Numbered from the stretch's first letter, positions 37,706-50,845 are shown. The stretch is 64,000 nt of DNA from Octopus sinensis (GCF_006345805.1 NC_043002.1:39060001-39124000); one strand, 5' to 3'. Made by a program: numbers and translations. Notes: generated by a model not told the origin, from the letters alone.

Positions 37706-38745
37706 TACGCGGATGGGCTGAAAAATTCATAGGCTGACTGTGAAAGAGTGTTGTTAGAGCAGTGAAATCTTGCATGTTTTACTTTCATCTCTTCTTAATA
37801 ATTGTATTGTTTCTTCCAGGTAAATTGACCTTGAAAAAAGGACAAAATTTGACATCGTGGTGTTATCAAGCACCTGCAGAAAAAGCTCCCAATGACATTC
37901 ACACTGATATGATTGCTATATTAAGAGATGACGCTCCGTCTTTATCAACAGTGCACAATGGACAACTGAATCTAGGAGGGGAACAGAGTATCTTGAAGAT
38001 GACCCAAAGTCTGGATGTCCTGCAACTGCCTTCATCATGGAAAACATTGATCGTGTTAACCCCACGCTGATGGATGACAGGCGATTGACTATAAATAAAA
38101 TAGCCAGTGCTATTAGCGTATCTCGTGAAAGAGTTAAGAATATTCTGCACGTTGAACTTGTCCTGACAAAGGGTTTTGCTCGATAGATGGCTCATCTAAC
38201 ACCTGATCAAAAGCGCACAAGGTTGATCGCATCGCGAAAAAATCTGACACTGAATGAGGCAGATCCAGCTGGTTTCTTTCAACGTTTACTAACCCAGGAT
38301 GAGTATTGGGTACATCACTTTGAGCCGGTACAAAAGAGACAATCCATGTAGTGGAAACACTCCTCTTCGCCTGCTCCAAAAAAGGCCAAGGTCGATTCAT
38401 CTGCAGAGAAGGAAATGGCTTCAGTTTTTTTGAGCACGAAAAGCATTGTGTTTATTGACTTTATTCAAAAGAGTCACACCATCAATGGAGAGTATTATGC
38501 CAACTTGTTGAGGCAGTTGCGAAAAACAATCAAAGCCAAACACCCAGCAAAACTGACAAAAGGGGTCTTGTTTCATCAGGCAATGTTCCAGCTCACAAGT
38601 TTCTGCTTTCAATGGTTGTTGTGCGTGACTGTGGGTTTGAACTGGTTGATCACCCTCTCTATTCTCCTGATTTGGCCCCATCTGAATATTATCTGTTCTC
38701 CAACATGAAAAAACACTTGGTTAGGGAGTAGTATTGCAGTATGAC
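37706..38745 (+). mobile_element. Degenerate, near full-length mariner transposase pseudogene
   Basis: Frameshifted pieces MASVFLSTKSIVFIDF..TINGEYYANLLRQLR..GVLFHQ and HPLYSPDLAPSEYYLF. Confidence 0.9.
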
Positions 38746-41070
38746 CCTTGTATGTCTGTTAAAATTCCATCATTTTAAAATTCAGATTATACAATAGAAG
38801 CAGTTTTATAATGTAAACATTATCAGTACTACATGCTCAATGCAGGTGTGTTGTTTAAACGCCAGTAGTTGTGGTTTTCCGTCCGGGAAAAATCCTTTTA
38901 AAAACTTTAGTGTTAAAAAACATAATATACTTCAGAGCGAAGCGAAACGAAATCGCCCCAAAAATAATGACAAGAGCAGCAGATATATATATTTTACTGT
39001 AATTCTAATTTAGGAAGGCCGTGCACTCGAGTCACTTGCGAAATGAAATCTATCTACCGTGTAAAAAACTTTTCTGATGTCAACGAAGAACGAAACTGCT
39101 TCGCAGGTATTCCGTTTGAGAGTTCTTGTCAAAAAAGGCAAGATACAACTCCAAAATTAAATCTAGTTGAAAGATTTATTGGAGGTATGCAGTGGGTATC
39201 AAGTTTGGTCTTTAGTAAGTATAGGAACAGCTCCAAGTATGCTTCGAACTTATTAAACTTTTTGGGTGAAACACAGTTCTAATTATACTTAGCAGGTCTT
39301 AGAATGACTGAATGGATATATATTTGAAGTGAAATCACCTTAATTAACGTAACACCTGTTGATAAAGCTACTATTATTTATTCTGTTATTCAAATTAGGA
39401 CAACTGTTAAATTATATAATAGGAGTCTATTGCATATTCAGTATCTCAGATATAAAATGATAATTTCTGATCCTAGACATTCAAGAAACAAAACTATTCG
39501 CTAAGAGAGCTAGAGCTAATCAGTCATAAAAATTACTTTATCTGCAGAGCTTGATATCTATAGAGAATACAAGTTCGACCTTTGTAATACAAGATATAAT
39601 ATACATCTTGCATCAAAGACCTGATGTCTTTGTTTTATAAATAGATTTTAGGATACAGCAAGATAAAATTTCTAAATAAGAAAACGGTGGTTGTCTTGCT
39701 CTCTGAGTTAGTAACGTGCAACTGGGAGTGCTAAGCAACTGCTGGACTGATATGCAGCTATGCAACTAATCGCTCTGCAAACAAGCATACCTCATTCACC
39801 ACAACACTCGTCAGATTTACGGCTTAACAAGCAAACTGTTTTAACATGAATGCTTGTTTCAAAAGAAACTGGTTTGAAAAGTGGATTTCTATAAATTGAA
39901 CAATCTCGTGATAAAATTGTTGATTAAAAAATAAACCTATGTACATTTTGTGGAGGCATTCATTTAAATCCATAAAAAAAAGAGAAGCAAGATATTCGAG
40001 AAAAAGGTTATCAGAGAAACTTTAGAAGTTACAGATAGTCTCATAAATTTAGTTCAGAAAAACTTATGTTGAAGACGGAGGTTTAACAAAATGCCGCTTG
40101 TATTTTGTTGATGTTTATCATACTATTCTTAATTGACCACGAGTATACCTTGAATATCTATTTATATTAGAGGGTTAAGGCGGTAAACTGACAGAGTTAT
40201 TAGCACGCCGGATAAAATACTTAGCGGCGTTTCTTCCGGATTTACGTTCTGAGTTAAAATGCCGAGCTCTGTTTAGCCTTTCATCCAATCGGTGTCAATG
40301 ATATAAGTACCAATTGAACATTGGAGTCGATGTAACTAGCTTCTACTATCCCCTAATATCGCTGACCTTGTGCCAAAATCCAAAACCAGGGAATATTCTT
40401 TTCAGGGAATATTCCTTTCTACACTAGGCACAAGGCCCCAAATTTTAGAGGAGGGGGCCAGTCGATTAGATTGATCCAAGAATGCAACTGGTACTTAATT
40501 TATCAACCCCGAAAGGATGAAAGGCAAAGTCGACCTCGGCGGAATTTGAACTCAGAACGTAACGGCAGACGAAATACCACTAAGAATTTTGCCCGGCGTG
40601 CTTAACGTTTCTGCCAGCTCGCCGCCTTCAATTAGATTAATATTGAAAGAAATTATATGTAAAAGAAAACAATGAGATGATTAAGTGATACAACAGAATA
40701 CTTTAGTATAACAGTTCTTGATAAAATCATTTACTAAATTTTGAGTGCCTCCAAAAGAATCTTTTTGTAAAAATAAGTAACTAAAAATTCAAAATAAACG
40801 ACCGATCTTCCTAGAGAGACACATTAGATAATGCGTTGTTTTACTAGATGTGTGAGTAAAAAGACAAGAGGGTCTAGGTTGAAATAAGTTTAATAATAGA
40901 TCCATTCGATCAGGGTATATGTGCCACTATGTATTAACGTTGCGGATATTAACATATAGGATTATATGTTATACTGGGATTAAAAATCATCCTTTTTTTA
41001 TATATATCATAAGAAAATTTAGAGAAAAATAATTATATCATAAAGGTGACTGCCATCTTTATGATTATAT

Positions 41071-41323
41071 AATAAAAAAATAAATGCACCCTTTTTAAAA
41101 CCTAGCCAGGTTCATGGACCCAGTTTCCATGGCGTATGTGCTCCCCAGCTGGACGGGACGCCAGTCGATCTCAGCGTTACTCATTTTTGCCAGTTGAGTG
41201 GACTGGAGCAACGTGAAATAAAGTGTTTTGCTCAAGAACACAACGCGTCGCCCGGTCCAGGAATCGAAACCAGTCTTAAGATCATGATGCTGACACCCTA
41301 GCCACTAAGCCACGCACCTCCAC
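41071..41323 (-). mobile_element. SINE family S3 (tRNA head, CORE/Meta-like box, V-domain-like box). Full copy also at 19430-19682 (+); fragments at 8655-8735, 12869-12975 and 62585-62685
   Basis: 12-bp target-site duplication TTATGATTATAT (41059-70 and 41324-35). CTGCGATGGAC(T)GGCGTCCCGTCCAG matches the V-domain pattern. Confidence 0.85.
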
Positions 41324-41759
41324 TTATGATTATATTTATAAATATATTAAATTATATAAATGACAGAGGAAGAAGTAATTATGTAATGAACTACATTAGC
41401 TTATAGCTGTCTCTGCTATAAGATTCTGTGGTTGAAAGATCAGAGTGGATGGTGTTAAAGGAAAAGAGTGAGAAGGAATATTTTGTGCTGTTTTAAAGTG
41501 GACGTATACGGTGGTTTTCAGTATGGAACGCAAGGTGTGTGTAAGAAATAAAGTGGAGAATTAAAAGTTTACAATAACTGTAAAAAATATGGTGGGAGAG
41601 TAGCAATGTAAAAGATATTATATAATATTAAATATAATAATTTTATTGAACCTAAAAAGTTATTAAAATTTCTGAGTATAGATCTTGTATAACAATGCAT
41701 AAAGTAAGTTATGGGGAAGAATTTTATTCTATTTTTTTCTCATAAAATGTGTATAAATT

Positions 41760-42300
41760 AGTATAACGATATTGTATCATCCTTTGGTGAAAATGAAAGT
41801 CAACGCCCGAAGACTGATATAGGCACATATTTCCTGTACAGAATATTCCCAGGAGTTGAGCAAACATTAATGTTTCTCAGAGATGCATAAATCATAAAAT
41901 CTGAAAATTTAGTCGTTAGCTTCAGTGAAGTTGTAAATGTTCCATTTGATATTGAAATTGTCGTTTATCTTTTGGGTCCTCCATGTACTTCAGTAAAGTT
42001 GGGTCTATAAGTCTAGTTAAATTTCTGGAAGTATGTGTGTAGGCCATACCTTAATTCAAACAAAATCACCATTAATAATCAGTTCCTTTGCTAAACAAGA
42101 TAGATAAGAGAGCTCCTCAGACATTTACCATTTAAAGGACATGTGCTGGAATTTACATAATTGTATGAACAGAGAAAAATGAGTTTCCACAGTTGGCGTT
42201 GGACGCGACTTCAGCATGGTTATCAGTAATAGAATACCATTTCCTAATATTGTGACAGTGTTTGTAATTTGGGGAGAAGTGTTAGTTCATAAACTTTATC
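41760..42300 (-). mobile_element. Penelope-like GIY-YIG remnant, second lineage
   Basis: CPLNGKCLRSSLIY and LCISEK motifs, heavily degraded. Confidence 0.6.
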
Positions 42301-43147
42301 GCAATGAAATTACTACGAGTTTATGGGGGATTATATTATAGAATACTACGTTTTATATTTTTATCTTAGAGTGTTATTGTCATTATTTTTAATACTCTTA
42401 AGTTTATCTTTAAATGGCTAACCTGATTAACATGATTAATAACGAAATAGCAGTGAGGTTGGCAGTAGAGGGTGGGGGTGACTATCGAAAGAAAGCAGGC
42501 AAGTCACTGCACTTACCTGAAAACTTTAGTAAATGAATTCAGCAATAAAAAGAACGTAAAATATACCAACAAAATAATATTTTACAATAATAGATAAAAG
42601 TCAACACCCCCATTGATGAAAAAGAGTTAAGGAAAGATGTAACTCTGAACTAATAAACAGCACGATAAGACAAAGATATAATTTAGTGATACTGGACTGG
42701 ATGCCTGGGGTGTCAATGATTATATAACAACAGAACAGCAACTCCGAGAAACCAGATACGGCAAGTTGACTATGATCTGAAGATAACTAATGACGGTTTG
42801 CATAAACTGCGTGTAATAACAATATCAACAAATAATCAGAGAGAAATTACCAGGACAAATAAAATTTAGCGAGAAGCCAATGAGCGACAGTTTAGAGATG
42901 CAGGATACAATCATGAAAATTCAACTAATAATTAAAAAGCTGAATTGACAATTAAATGTTTTACGACTAGCCAATGAAAGCGAAAGCTGCACAAGGAAAC
43001 GAGATCACCTTAGTGCTTCGATAAATATAAGCTAAGGTTGAAATATTCAAAGACAGTCGCCTGAATGATTGCAGCTGTGTTAAACTTGTTTTACGAGGAA
43101 AAAAAGTAATGCGGGTTAAATAAACTACACACTTTTTTATGGAAGCA

Positions 43148-43523
43148 CTCCGTCGGTTACGACGATGAGGGTTCCGGTTGATCCGAATCAACGGAACAGC
43201 CTGCTCTTGAAATTAACGTGTAAGTGGCTGAGCACTCCACAGACACGTGTACCCTTAACGTAGTTCTCGGGGATATTCGGCGTGACACAGAGTGTGACAA
43301 GGCCGGCCCTTTGAAATACAGGTACAACAGAAACAGGAAGTAAGAGTGAGAGAAAGTTGTGGTGAAAGAGTACAGCAGGGAACACCACCATCCCCTGCCG
43401 GAGCCTCGTGGAGCTTTTAGGTGTTTTCGCTCAATAAACACTCACATGGCCCGGTCTGGGAATCGAAACCGCGATCCTATGACCGCGAGTCCGCTGCCCT
43501 AACCACTGGGCCATTGCGCCTCT
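43148..43523 (-). mobile_element. SINE family S4 (tRNA-derived, ~375 bp)
   Basis: Head GAGGCGCAATGGCCCAGTGGTTAGG..GGTTTCGATTCC with A and B boxes. The tail also appears as a fragment at ~23663. Confidence 0.8.
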
Positions 43524-43528
43524 ACAAA

Positions 43529-43565
<37 letters not shown>

Positions 43566-43819
43566 TACATTTACACTCACGTACGTACACAAATGCACGC
43601 TCACGCATACAAACGCGCATACACGTATGTATGTATGTATGTTTGTATGTTTGCATGCATGTTGTGATTCAGCCCAATATCCACTAATATTGAGATGTAG
43701 TAACTGTTTTGACCAACCATATACAAACGCACCAACCCTCACAGGAAGAGAGACAGAGAGAGACAGAAATTTATAAGTTTCACATGTACAAAAAAAAATA
43801 AAGGACAGAGACGGGTAAG

Positions 43820-43975
43820 AGAACAACAAACAAGGTGTGTTCGTTTGACGCTCCAAAAAGAATGGAAAAGTCTTTGACGTTTCGAGCCTATGCTCTTCGA
43901 CAGAAGGAAATAAGGGAAGAAAACGGAGAGAATAAAAAACGGACAGAGGAGAAAAGGTATTTGGATTAACGGTTT
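43820..43975 (-). mobile_element. Penelope-like terminal repeat (family B) with a hammerhead-like motif; other copies at ~23700-23832 (+) and ~63530-63705 (-)
   Basis: CTGTCGAA-GAGC-ATAG-GCTC-GAAACGTC. The three copies share flanking sequence. Confidence 0.55.
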
Positions 43976-44134
43976 AACATTTCGAATTGACTGCAAGGAT
44001 GTGGTTGAATGGAAGGGGAGATTTATTGATAGATAAATAGATAGATTTATTGATTGATTGATGAATAAAAACGTATACACAAACACAAATATATATAACT
44101 ATATCCAATGAAATATCTGTAAGTATATATGAAA

Positions 44135-44178
<44 letters not shown>

Positions 44179-44962
44179 TATATAAATATATTCATGTATT
44201 TCTGTATGTATTTATACTTTTCTCTTCCTCTATACACAGCTGTCTGTCTCTTTCTAAATCTTTTCTTATATATGCGTCTATGTTTGCGAAAGAGAGAGGA
44301 AAGATTCTGTTGGGTGTATGTATGCGTATTCGTTTGTATACGTTTGTATGAGTGTGTGGGTGAGTATATGTATACATGCTGGGTTTCGAGAATATTCTTA
44401 CAATATTCTCTGTCTGGTTTTATCATTAAAACTAGATCGTTTCAGTATTAAAAATAAAAGAAGTATGTCTGCCTCGACAGCTTCATCAGCGCTTACAATT
44501 CTCTTATGAATTTTCACACACGTATGCATATTTACAAATAATACATATTTTTGTACAAATATATACACATACATACATACATACATACATACATACATAC
44601 ATACATACATACATACATACATACATACATACAATTATATATATATATTCTTACACAAATGTACAGAGATACGTAAATGAATAGCGATCTTCTGACATAA
44701 ATACCTATGTAGAAATATTCATATACACGTTAATAAATGATTACTAAGTCGGTCGTGTTGGCACAGAGTTTGAGTGGGCGGTAGATCATTCGCAACAGTC
44801 TAACAAATTCTAAAAGAAAATATCTTGTGATATCACCCACAACACAAAGAACAAGAAATTCAGGGCCATACATAATTACCCACACCCACAGACATACATG
44901 CTAACACACACACACACATATATATACATGTGTGTGTATGAATATATAAATATCTCATCTAC

Positions 44963-45004
<42 letters not shown>

Positions 45005-45099
45005 TATATATATATACATAATTATTTAATATCTGTTTGACTCAGCTCCATACGACTAAACGTTTCGCGGGCATGTAGTTGGGGCCCATTACAAAAAAA

Positions 45100-45163
45100 T
45101 CAGATATCTGATGAGATGGGTACGTTCTACACATCCACGAAACTATAAGTCATATGAAGCTGA
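45100..45163 (+). ncRNA. Extended type I hammerhead ribozyme candidate
   Basis: CUGAUGA at 45108-14, stem II closed by G45115-C45138, GAAA at 45139-42, stem III ACU/AGU, cleavage triplet GUC ending 45151. Stem I is AUAU/AUAU, a GAAG bulge, then UCAG/CUGA. Confidence 0.7.
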
Positions 45164-45289
45164 ATCAAACTGCTATTTTAATATATATATATATATATAT
45201 ATGTAACTCTTATCAAACGTACTGAGTGACATTTTCTTTCGTTTGTCGACTCGTATACGTATGTATGTATGTATGTATGTCAGGTCACT

Positions 45290-45830
45290 TTCGAGTGCTA
45301 CAGGTAACATGTAGCCCAGTACAACCCGTTGCATGGTCGGGTCGTCGGCGACTAAACCGGCAACCCCACCAAGCTTGCTTGGTGAGGAGGGTGTTTATTG
45401 GACACCCTGCGGGATGAAAAACAAAACCCGTCAAAGGGCGGAGAAACTCATGAGAGTCAACGGCCATCCAATAAATGTCTTAAGGCTGTTTCATGCGCGG
45501 GGACATAGAAATAATCGGACTGAATACCCGATCGCGCGGTTAAACCATTGGGAGTGAAGGACTCCTAGCCTTTGTTAGGGCATCCTTCTAAGAGAAGGTA
45601 ACTCAGGTAACTGGGATAACTCCGACGTAAAACCGGCGACTCAGTGGTTACCGATGATGTTGACTTGTTCTTCTTTTCGGATTATGGCTGCTGTTGCTTA
45701 GTGAGTGGGATTGACTCAGTGCACAGCCTTTCCTCACTTTAAAAAACATCTTGCACAAGCATTGCACGATAACAACATTGATTAAGCTTCGTGCAATGGC
45801 CACACTCGATAACAAGGGGGCAGCCACCAT
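45290..45830 (+). mobile_element. Probable RTE-type LINE 5' UTR fragment; a diverged homologue lies at ~47420-47700
   Basis: The two copies share ..gtagcccagtacaac..gttgcat..gaaactcatga..aag(ga)taactc. The motif GGGCATCCTTCTAAGAGAAGGTAACTC resembles RTE 5' ends as recalled. Confidence 0.45.
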
Positions 45831-46349
45831 ATGAATATCCACATGTGTATGCATGTATGCATATATTGTGTTGGCTGTGGCCCTGACGTTTCGGCACATT
45901 TGCCTACGTCAGCTAGTGTGACGAATACTGCTAAGAAACTTCGAAGTCACTGTCAACCATTTCCCTGCAAAAATATAATACGGTGCTCAAGTCTATTGAG
46001 TAATCTCCTAATTAATGTTTGCATCTCTTTTAAATAGTTGTACGTAAAAACAAACATTAACAGAGGTATATATATATGCGTGTGTGCACGTACGATCCCC
46101 CATATATGTGTGTGTGTGAGTTTGGTAAACAGAAACTGCACGGAAGCCAATCGTGTGTGTGTGTGTGTGTTCGGCCTAGTAAAGGGCACACAGTGAGCAT
46201 GCGCCGAGATATGGATGGATGCTGTAATCACAATGAGAATAAGGGTAGGATTGAAGGCGTTTGCCTCAATAAAGGACGTGCTCAAAATAAAGACATACAG
46301 ACAGACAATACGATACGAGCCAGACCCTTCAATAGCTCCGACCTACTTG

Positions 46350-46730
46350 CGCTCTTATAAACAAGAGAGACGCCGGCTTCTACGAAGAGGATAGGACATC
46401 GATTGGTTACGACTCAAAGGGCCGTGGAAAGAGCCATGCTAGGAGTATCACTAAGAGATCATATTCGAAATAAGATCATTCGAAAACGGGGAGGAATGAA
46501 TGATGTGATTGCTGAGCACCGAAAGCGCGTATTCTGTGGAGCCGGACATGTCGCAAGGTTCACAGATAACCGGTGAACCCATGCAGTTGCCGTGTAGTAT
46601 CTAAGAGATCGGCTAAGGCCACTAGGAAGGCCTCCACGGCAATAGGAAGACGACTTAGTTAAACGATTTGGGTCAAGATGGTAGAGAATGGCGCATTCAA
46701 GACAGAATTGTGACGAGCAGTGTATAATAG
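46350..46730 (+). mobile_element. RTE-clade LINE 3' fragment
   Basis: TQRAVERAMLGVSLRDHIRN..GHVAR..RPLGRPP, with stop codons. Confidence 0.8.
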
Positions 46731-46984
46731 CATCTGATTATTTGATCGATGCTGCTATACTGTAATATACGTTTATAAACGATGTATTTCGAATGTCAAT
46801 AAATCCATAATTACCTCAAAATAGATGTATACTGAGCAAATATGTATAGCGTGATCGACTTTCAAATATATATACATACTTTACGGAAGTCTTATTTACA
46901 TATTTGTCCATTCTTCTAGATTTAAGTTCTTTGAATATAAGCATGGTTATAAATATATATATATATATATATATCTTATAGATA

Positions 46985-47106
<122 letters not shown>

Positions 47107-47701
47107 TATATCGTATAAATTTGTTATTAATATTTAGCAAAAGCAATAGAGTGACTCAAGGGCCGAGTGTTCCGAGCGTTGGCACTTATCAAACTAGTCA
47201 CAGATCGAAGAATTATGGGTGTATATAACAAGGGATAATAGTATTTTCATGCATTGTTCTGGAACATATTATAAAAGCAATTATGTCAGGTGAATATTTC
47301 ATATTTTTCAAATATTTTGCCCGTTATGTCGTTCAATAAATAAACATATAAACAGATAAAGGAAAATTTGTGCGAATTTCACACACACATACAGACATAT
47401 ATATCTCACGTCGTTCTAGCGCACTTGTAGCATGTAACCCAGTACAACATGTTGCATTGTCAGGTTATCGGCATCTAAAGAGGTAGCCCCATCAAGATAT
47501 GTGGAAGATAAATTTGGACAGGTTATTGGATAAAAATCAAGGCTCGTCAGAGGACTGAAACTCATGAAAATCAAAACGCAATCATTATAGTCAACATAGC
47601 CAAGAGTAGATGGTGTTCAACCGTTGTAGTGAAAAACTATCTAAGATAAGGATAACTCTGAAATAAAATCCGTTCAGCGATGACTGGCAACCAGCTGATA
47701 C

Positions 47702-48264
47702 TATTGGGTTGTCCAGAAAGTTCGTGCCGATTTTTAAAGGAAAGGAAAAGGTCAATAAATACTTGTCATTACATTTTTACTCAACTAAATATGAACCATT
47801 TTGTTTCACAATGCGTCTCCATCTTTCCATTAACTTGAAAATACCCTCTTCCCAGAATTGAGGTGGTTTCATGGAAAAGAATTCATCAAGGTATCTTTTT
47901 ACGTCATCCAAGGAATTGAAATTTTTACCATTAAGACTATTCCGCAGAGACCTTATTAAGTGGAAATTCGAAGGCGCAACATCTGGTGAATATGGAGGTT
48001 GGGGTAACACATCCCTAGCTGCAGCAATTTTTGTCTGGTTCCCAAAGCATGAAGTGCAGAAAATGAACTTTCTTATATTCCATTTTAAATGGTTACAGAA
48101 TTAACACAGGTTACAGGAACATAAACCTTCCACGAAAAGATAGCTTAAACTGTGCTCTAAATGGAGGTGTAGTCAAATCCTATTTTATGGACCCAACCAT
48201 GTTCTAAAATAAGTCGAAAGGTAAGCTACTATAAATTGGCACCAACTTTCCGGACAACCCAATA
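47702..48264 (-). mobile_element. Internally deleted mariner element with both TIRs
   Basis: TIRs TATTGGGTTGTCC.GAAAGTT.GTGCC at both ends with TA duplications. ORF 47777..48010 encodes PPYSPDVAPSNFHL..ERWRRIVKQNGSYLVE. Confidence 0.92.
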
Positions 48265-49368
48265 TTTTGCACAGAAAAAAATTGATATAAAGATTTTATA
48301 GAATCGTCTACAGACGCCTAATATAAATGATAATATAGATATATAATATTCAGTAGGAGGTACATGTATTCTTCAAACAATTTGATTTGCTTCTATGCGA
48401 CTTAAACTTTTGCAGACCCCTAACAGGAATTCTGGTATCTCTCTATTCGGTAATCCAAAGCTTGAAAAAGACGGGATATTGTTAGGGACCTGCGAAACTT
48501 TAAGTCACATAGAACCGATCAAATCGTTTTAAATAATACACACACACGCACATACGTACACACATGTACCTTTTAGGGCATGGGGGATATTCCAATCCTA
48601 TAGGCTACAAGATCATCCGAATACGCGTGTGCACTCGCACGTGCACGATTGTGTGTGTATACACACATATATCTTTGTATGTATACATTGATATTTGTCG
48701 ACGTCGATCACCTCTAGCCTTCAAGATAATATCTACAGATTATAACATTTCATTCTGTTACTTGAACTGTTGAAATAGATACAAAACATAACATAAAGAA
48801 AAGTAAAACGGAATCTTCTGTCTAGTTAATTAGAAAAAACTCCACAACTCCTTGTATTCAACAGCTCTGGGAAATATGTATTGAAAAATATACTTGCTTA
48901 CATTCATTGACATACATATTCTTATGGTTTCTGAACTAGGTGGAGTGATGCATATTAGCTAACAATAACAGAAATGTGAAGCTGGAGTCGTAATACCTTT
49001 TCCCTGAAATAGTGAGTTCTGCTGCAAACATACCATTGCAGTACTTTACCTTCCCACACATTATAATCATTCACAGCTAAGTACATGCATGCATACACAC
49101 AAACAAATAATATATGCATGCCTACTTACACGCGCGCGCGCGCGCGCATATATAAATATATAGTATGTGACCTCGTGAAGACCACTTGCATTTTTTTCCC
49201 CTCTGTCCTCCCACCTCGGGATCTTTCTTTCTCCTATGTTTCCGACGAAGAGCTCCGCTCGAAACGTCATACCCTCCTTCTTCCCTTCTTTCCTGAGCGT
49301 CCAATAATACTTTATTTGTTCCACATCCTCGCGTTGTTGTCTTTTTGTTTTCTTGTTTGGATTAACTT

Positions 49369-49411
<43 letters not shown>

Positions 49412-49438
49412 TATTCACATATATGCACACAAACACAC

Positions 49439-49493
<55 letters not shown>

Positions 49494-49520
49494 TATTCAC
49501 ATATATGCACACAAACACAC

Positions 49521-49571
<51 letters not shown>

Positions 49572-49579
49572 AGGCACAT

Positions 49580-50845
49580 AGAGAAGCGATCTCCAGTAGA
49601 TTTACTGTAACCGTCATACTAGACGCGGTCAACCTCATCCTCGTAAACAATACATTCCTTTTCAGCGGAAAAAAAACTACCTTCAAATTCGAGGCACAGC
49701 TATACGGACGCGATTTGCTCCAGTTTTTGCGAACTCAGTATTGGGATACTTAGAATAAAACTTGTATTAAATAATTGAAGAGAACTACGGTATGCCCTTT
49801 AAAAGATATATAGAGGACATATGGAAAAGATAACTCGATGATTGTTTCCTAATTTGGATCAAATCCCTAGAAAATTTGGAAGAATTCAGCACCCTCCTCA
49901 ACAATTTCAACTCTACTCTCAAATTCACAAGAGAAATGAGCAACACACAATTACCATTTCTTAACATAATGGTAATTAAAAACAACACCACAATTACAAC
50001 TGATATTTATTACAAAAGCATACAAAACGCAATATCCCATACTGTCTAGCCAGGAAAATTTGTATTGTAGCAGATGATCCAAATATCAGAAACACACGAC
50101 TTATAGAACTCAAAGGATTTCTGCTCAAGCAAAAATACCCTCTCCTACTTATAAAAAGTAACATAGAACAAGCAAAAGAGATACCTATAGAACAACTTAG
50201 GACAACGCGAAAAAGACGAGCCCATCAACAGAATACAATACTAGCAACACAATCTGCATCCCCAAAACATTTTTAACATCGTCAAAACAAATTTGCCAAT
50301 CATGAAACAAAGTGAAAAATTAAAAAACACAATAACTAATCAAACACTTATTTTGAGCAAAAGGCAACCACATATCCTAAAGAAACTATTAACAAAGGCA
50401 AAATTCAAAACGGACAAACAGTATTAGACATTCACAGTATCCAAGTGTAATAATAACAGATGTGGAACATGTAAATACATGCATACTAGTAGATCCATTA
50501 GAACAAAAAATGGACAGATTTTCGCAAATGCAGATATGGACTGAAAAAGCAAAAATTTGATCTACTGCATTAAATGCCCTAATTGCGAGGAACTATATAC
50601 AGCGAGACAGGGAATGCATTATCGGAACGCTCACGAATCCACAGACAACAAATCCGGAATACCAAAGTTTGCCAAATTCCATTGAGCGAACATATAGAAG
50701 CATGTGGTCAGAAAATGTTTCTAATTTTTCCTTTCCAAAAACTACATGACGCAAGTGTGGTTAGAAGAAAGATCAAAGAAAAACGGTTTATTAAAATGTC
50801 CAAACCTGTTCTGAACGGAAATATCAATAATATAACAACCAGTTA
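49580..50845 (+). mobile_element. Penelope-like retroelement remnant (RT C-terminus and GIY-YIG endonuclease)
   Basis: LDDCFLIW..LKFT..LPFLNIMV, then CNNNRCGTC, NLIYCIKCPNC and HRQQIR..LSEHIEAC, interrupted by stops and frameshifts. Confidence 0.85.

Noticed and set aside
38950-39700. Short ORF 39043..39282 and the surrounding non-microsatellite DNA
   Set aside because: No recognisable motif or splice pattern; probably a decayed repeat.
49195-49372. Family A repeat as the pseudo-LTR of the adjacent Penelope ORF
   Set aside because: The sequence downstream of the GIY-YIG remnant (after 50845) does not resemble family A, so adjacency alone is insufficient.
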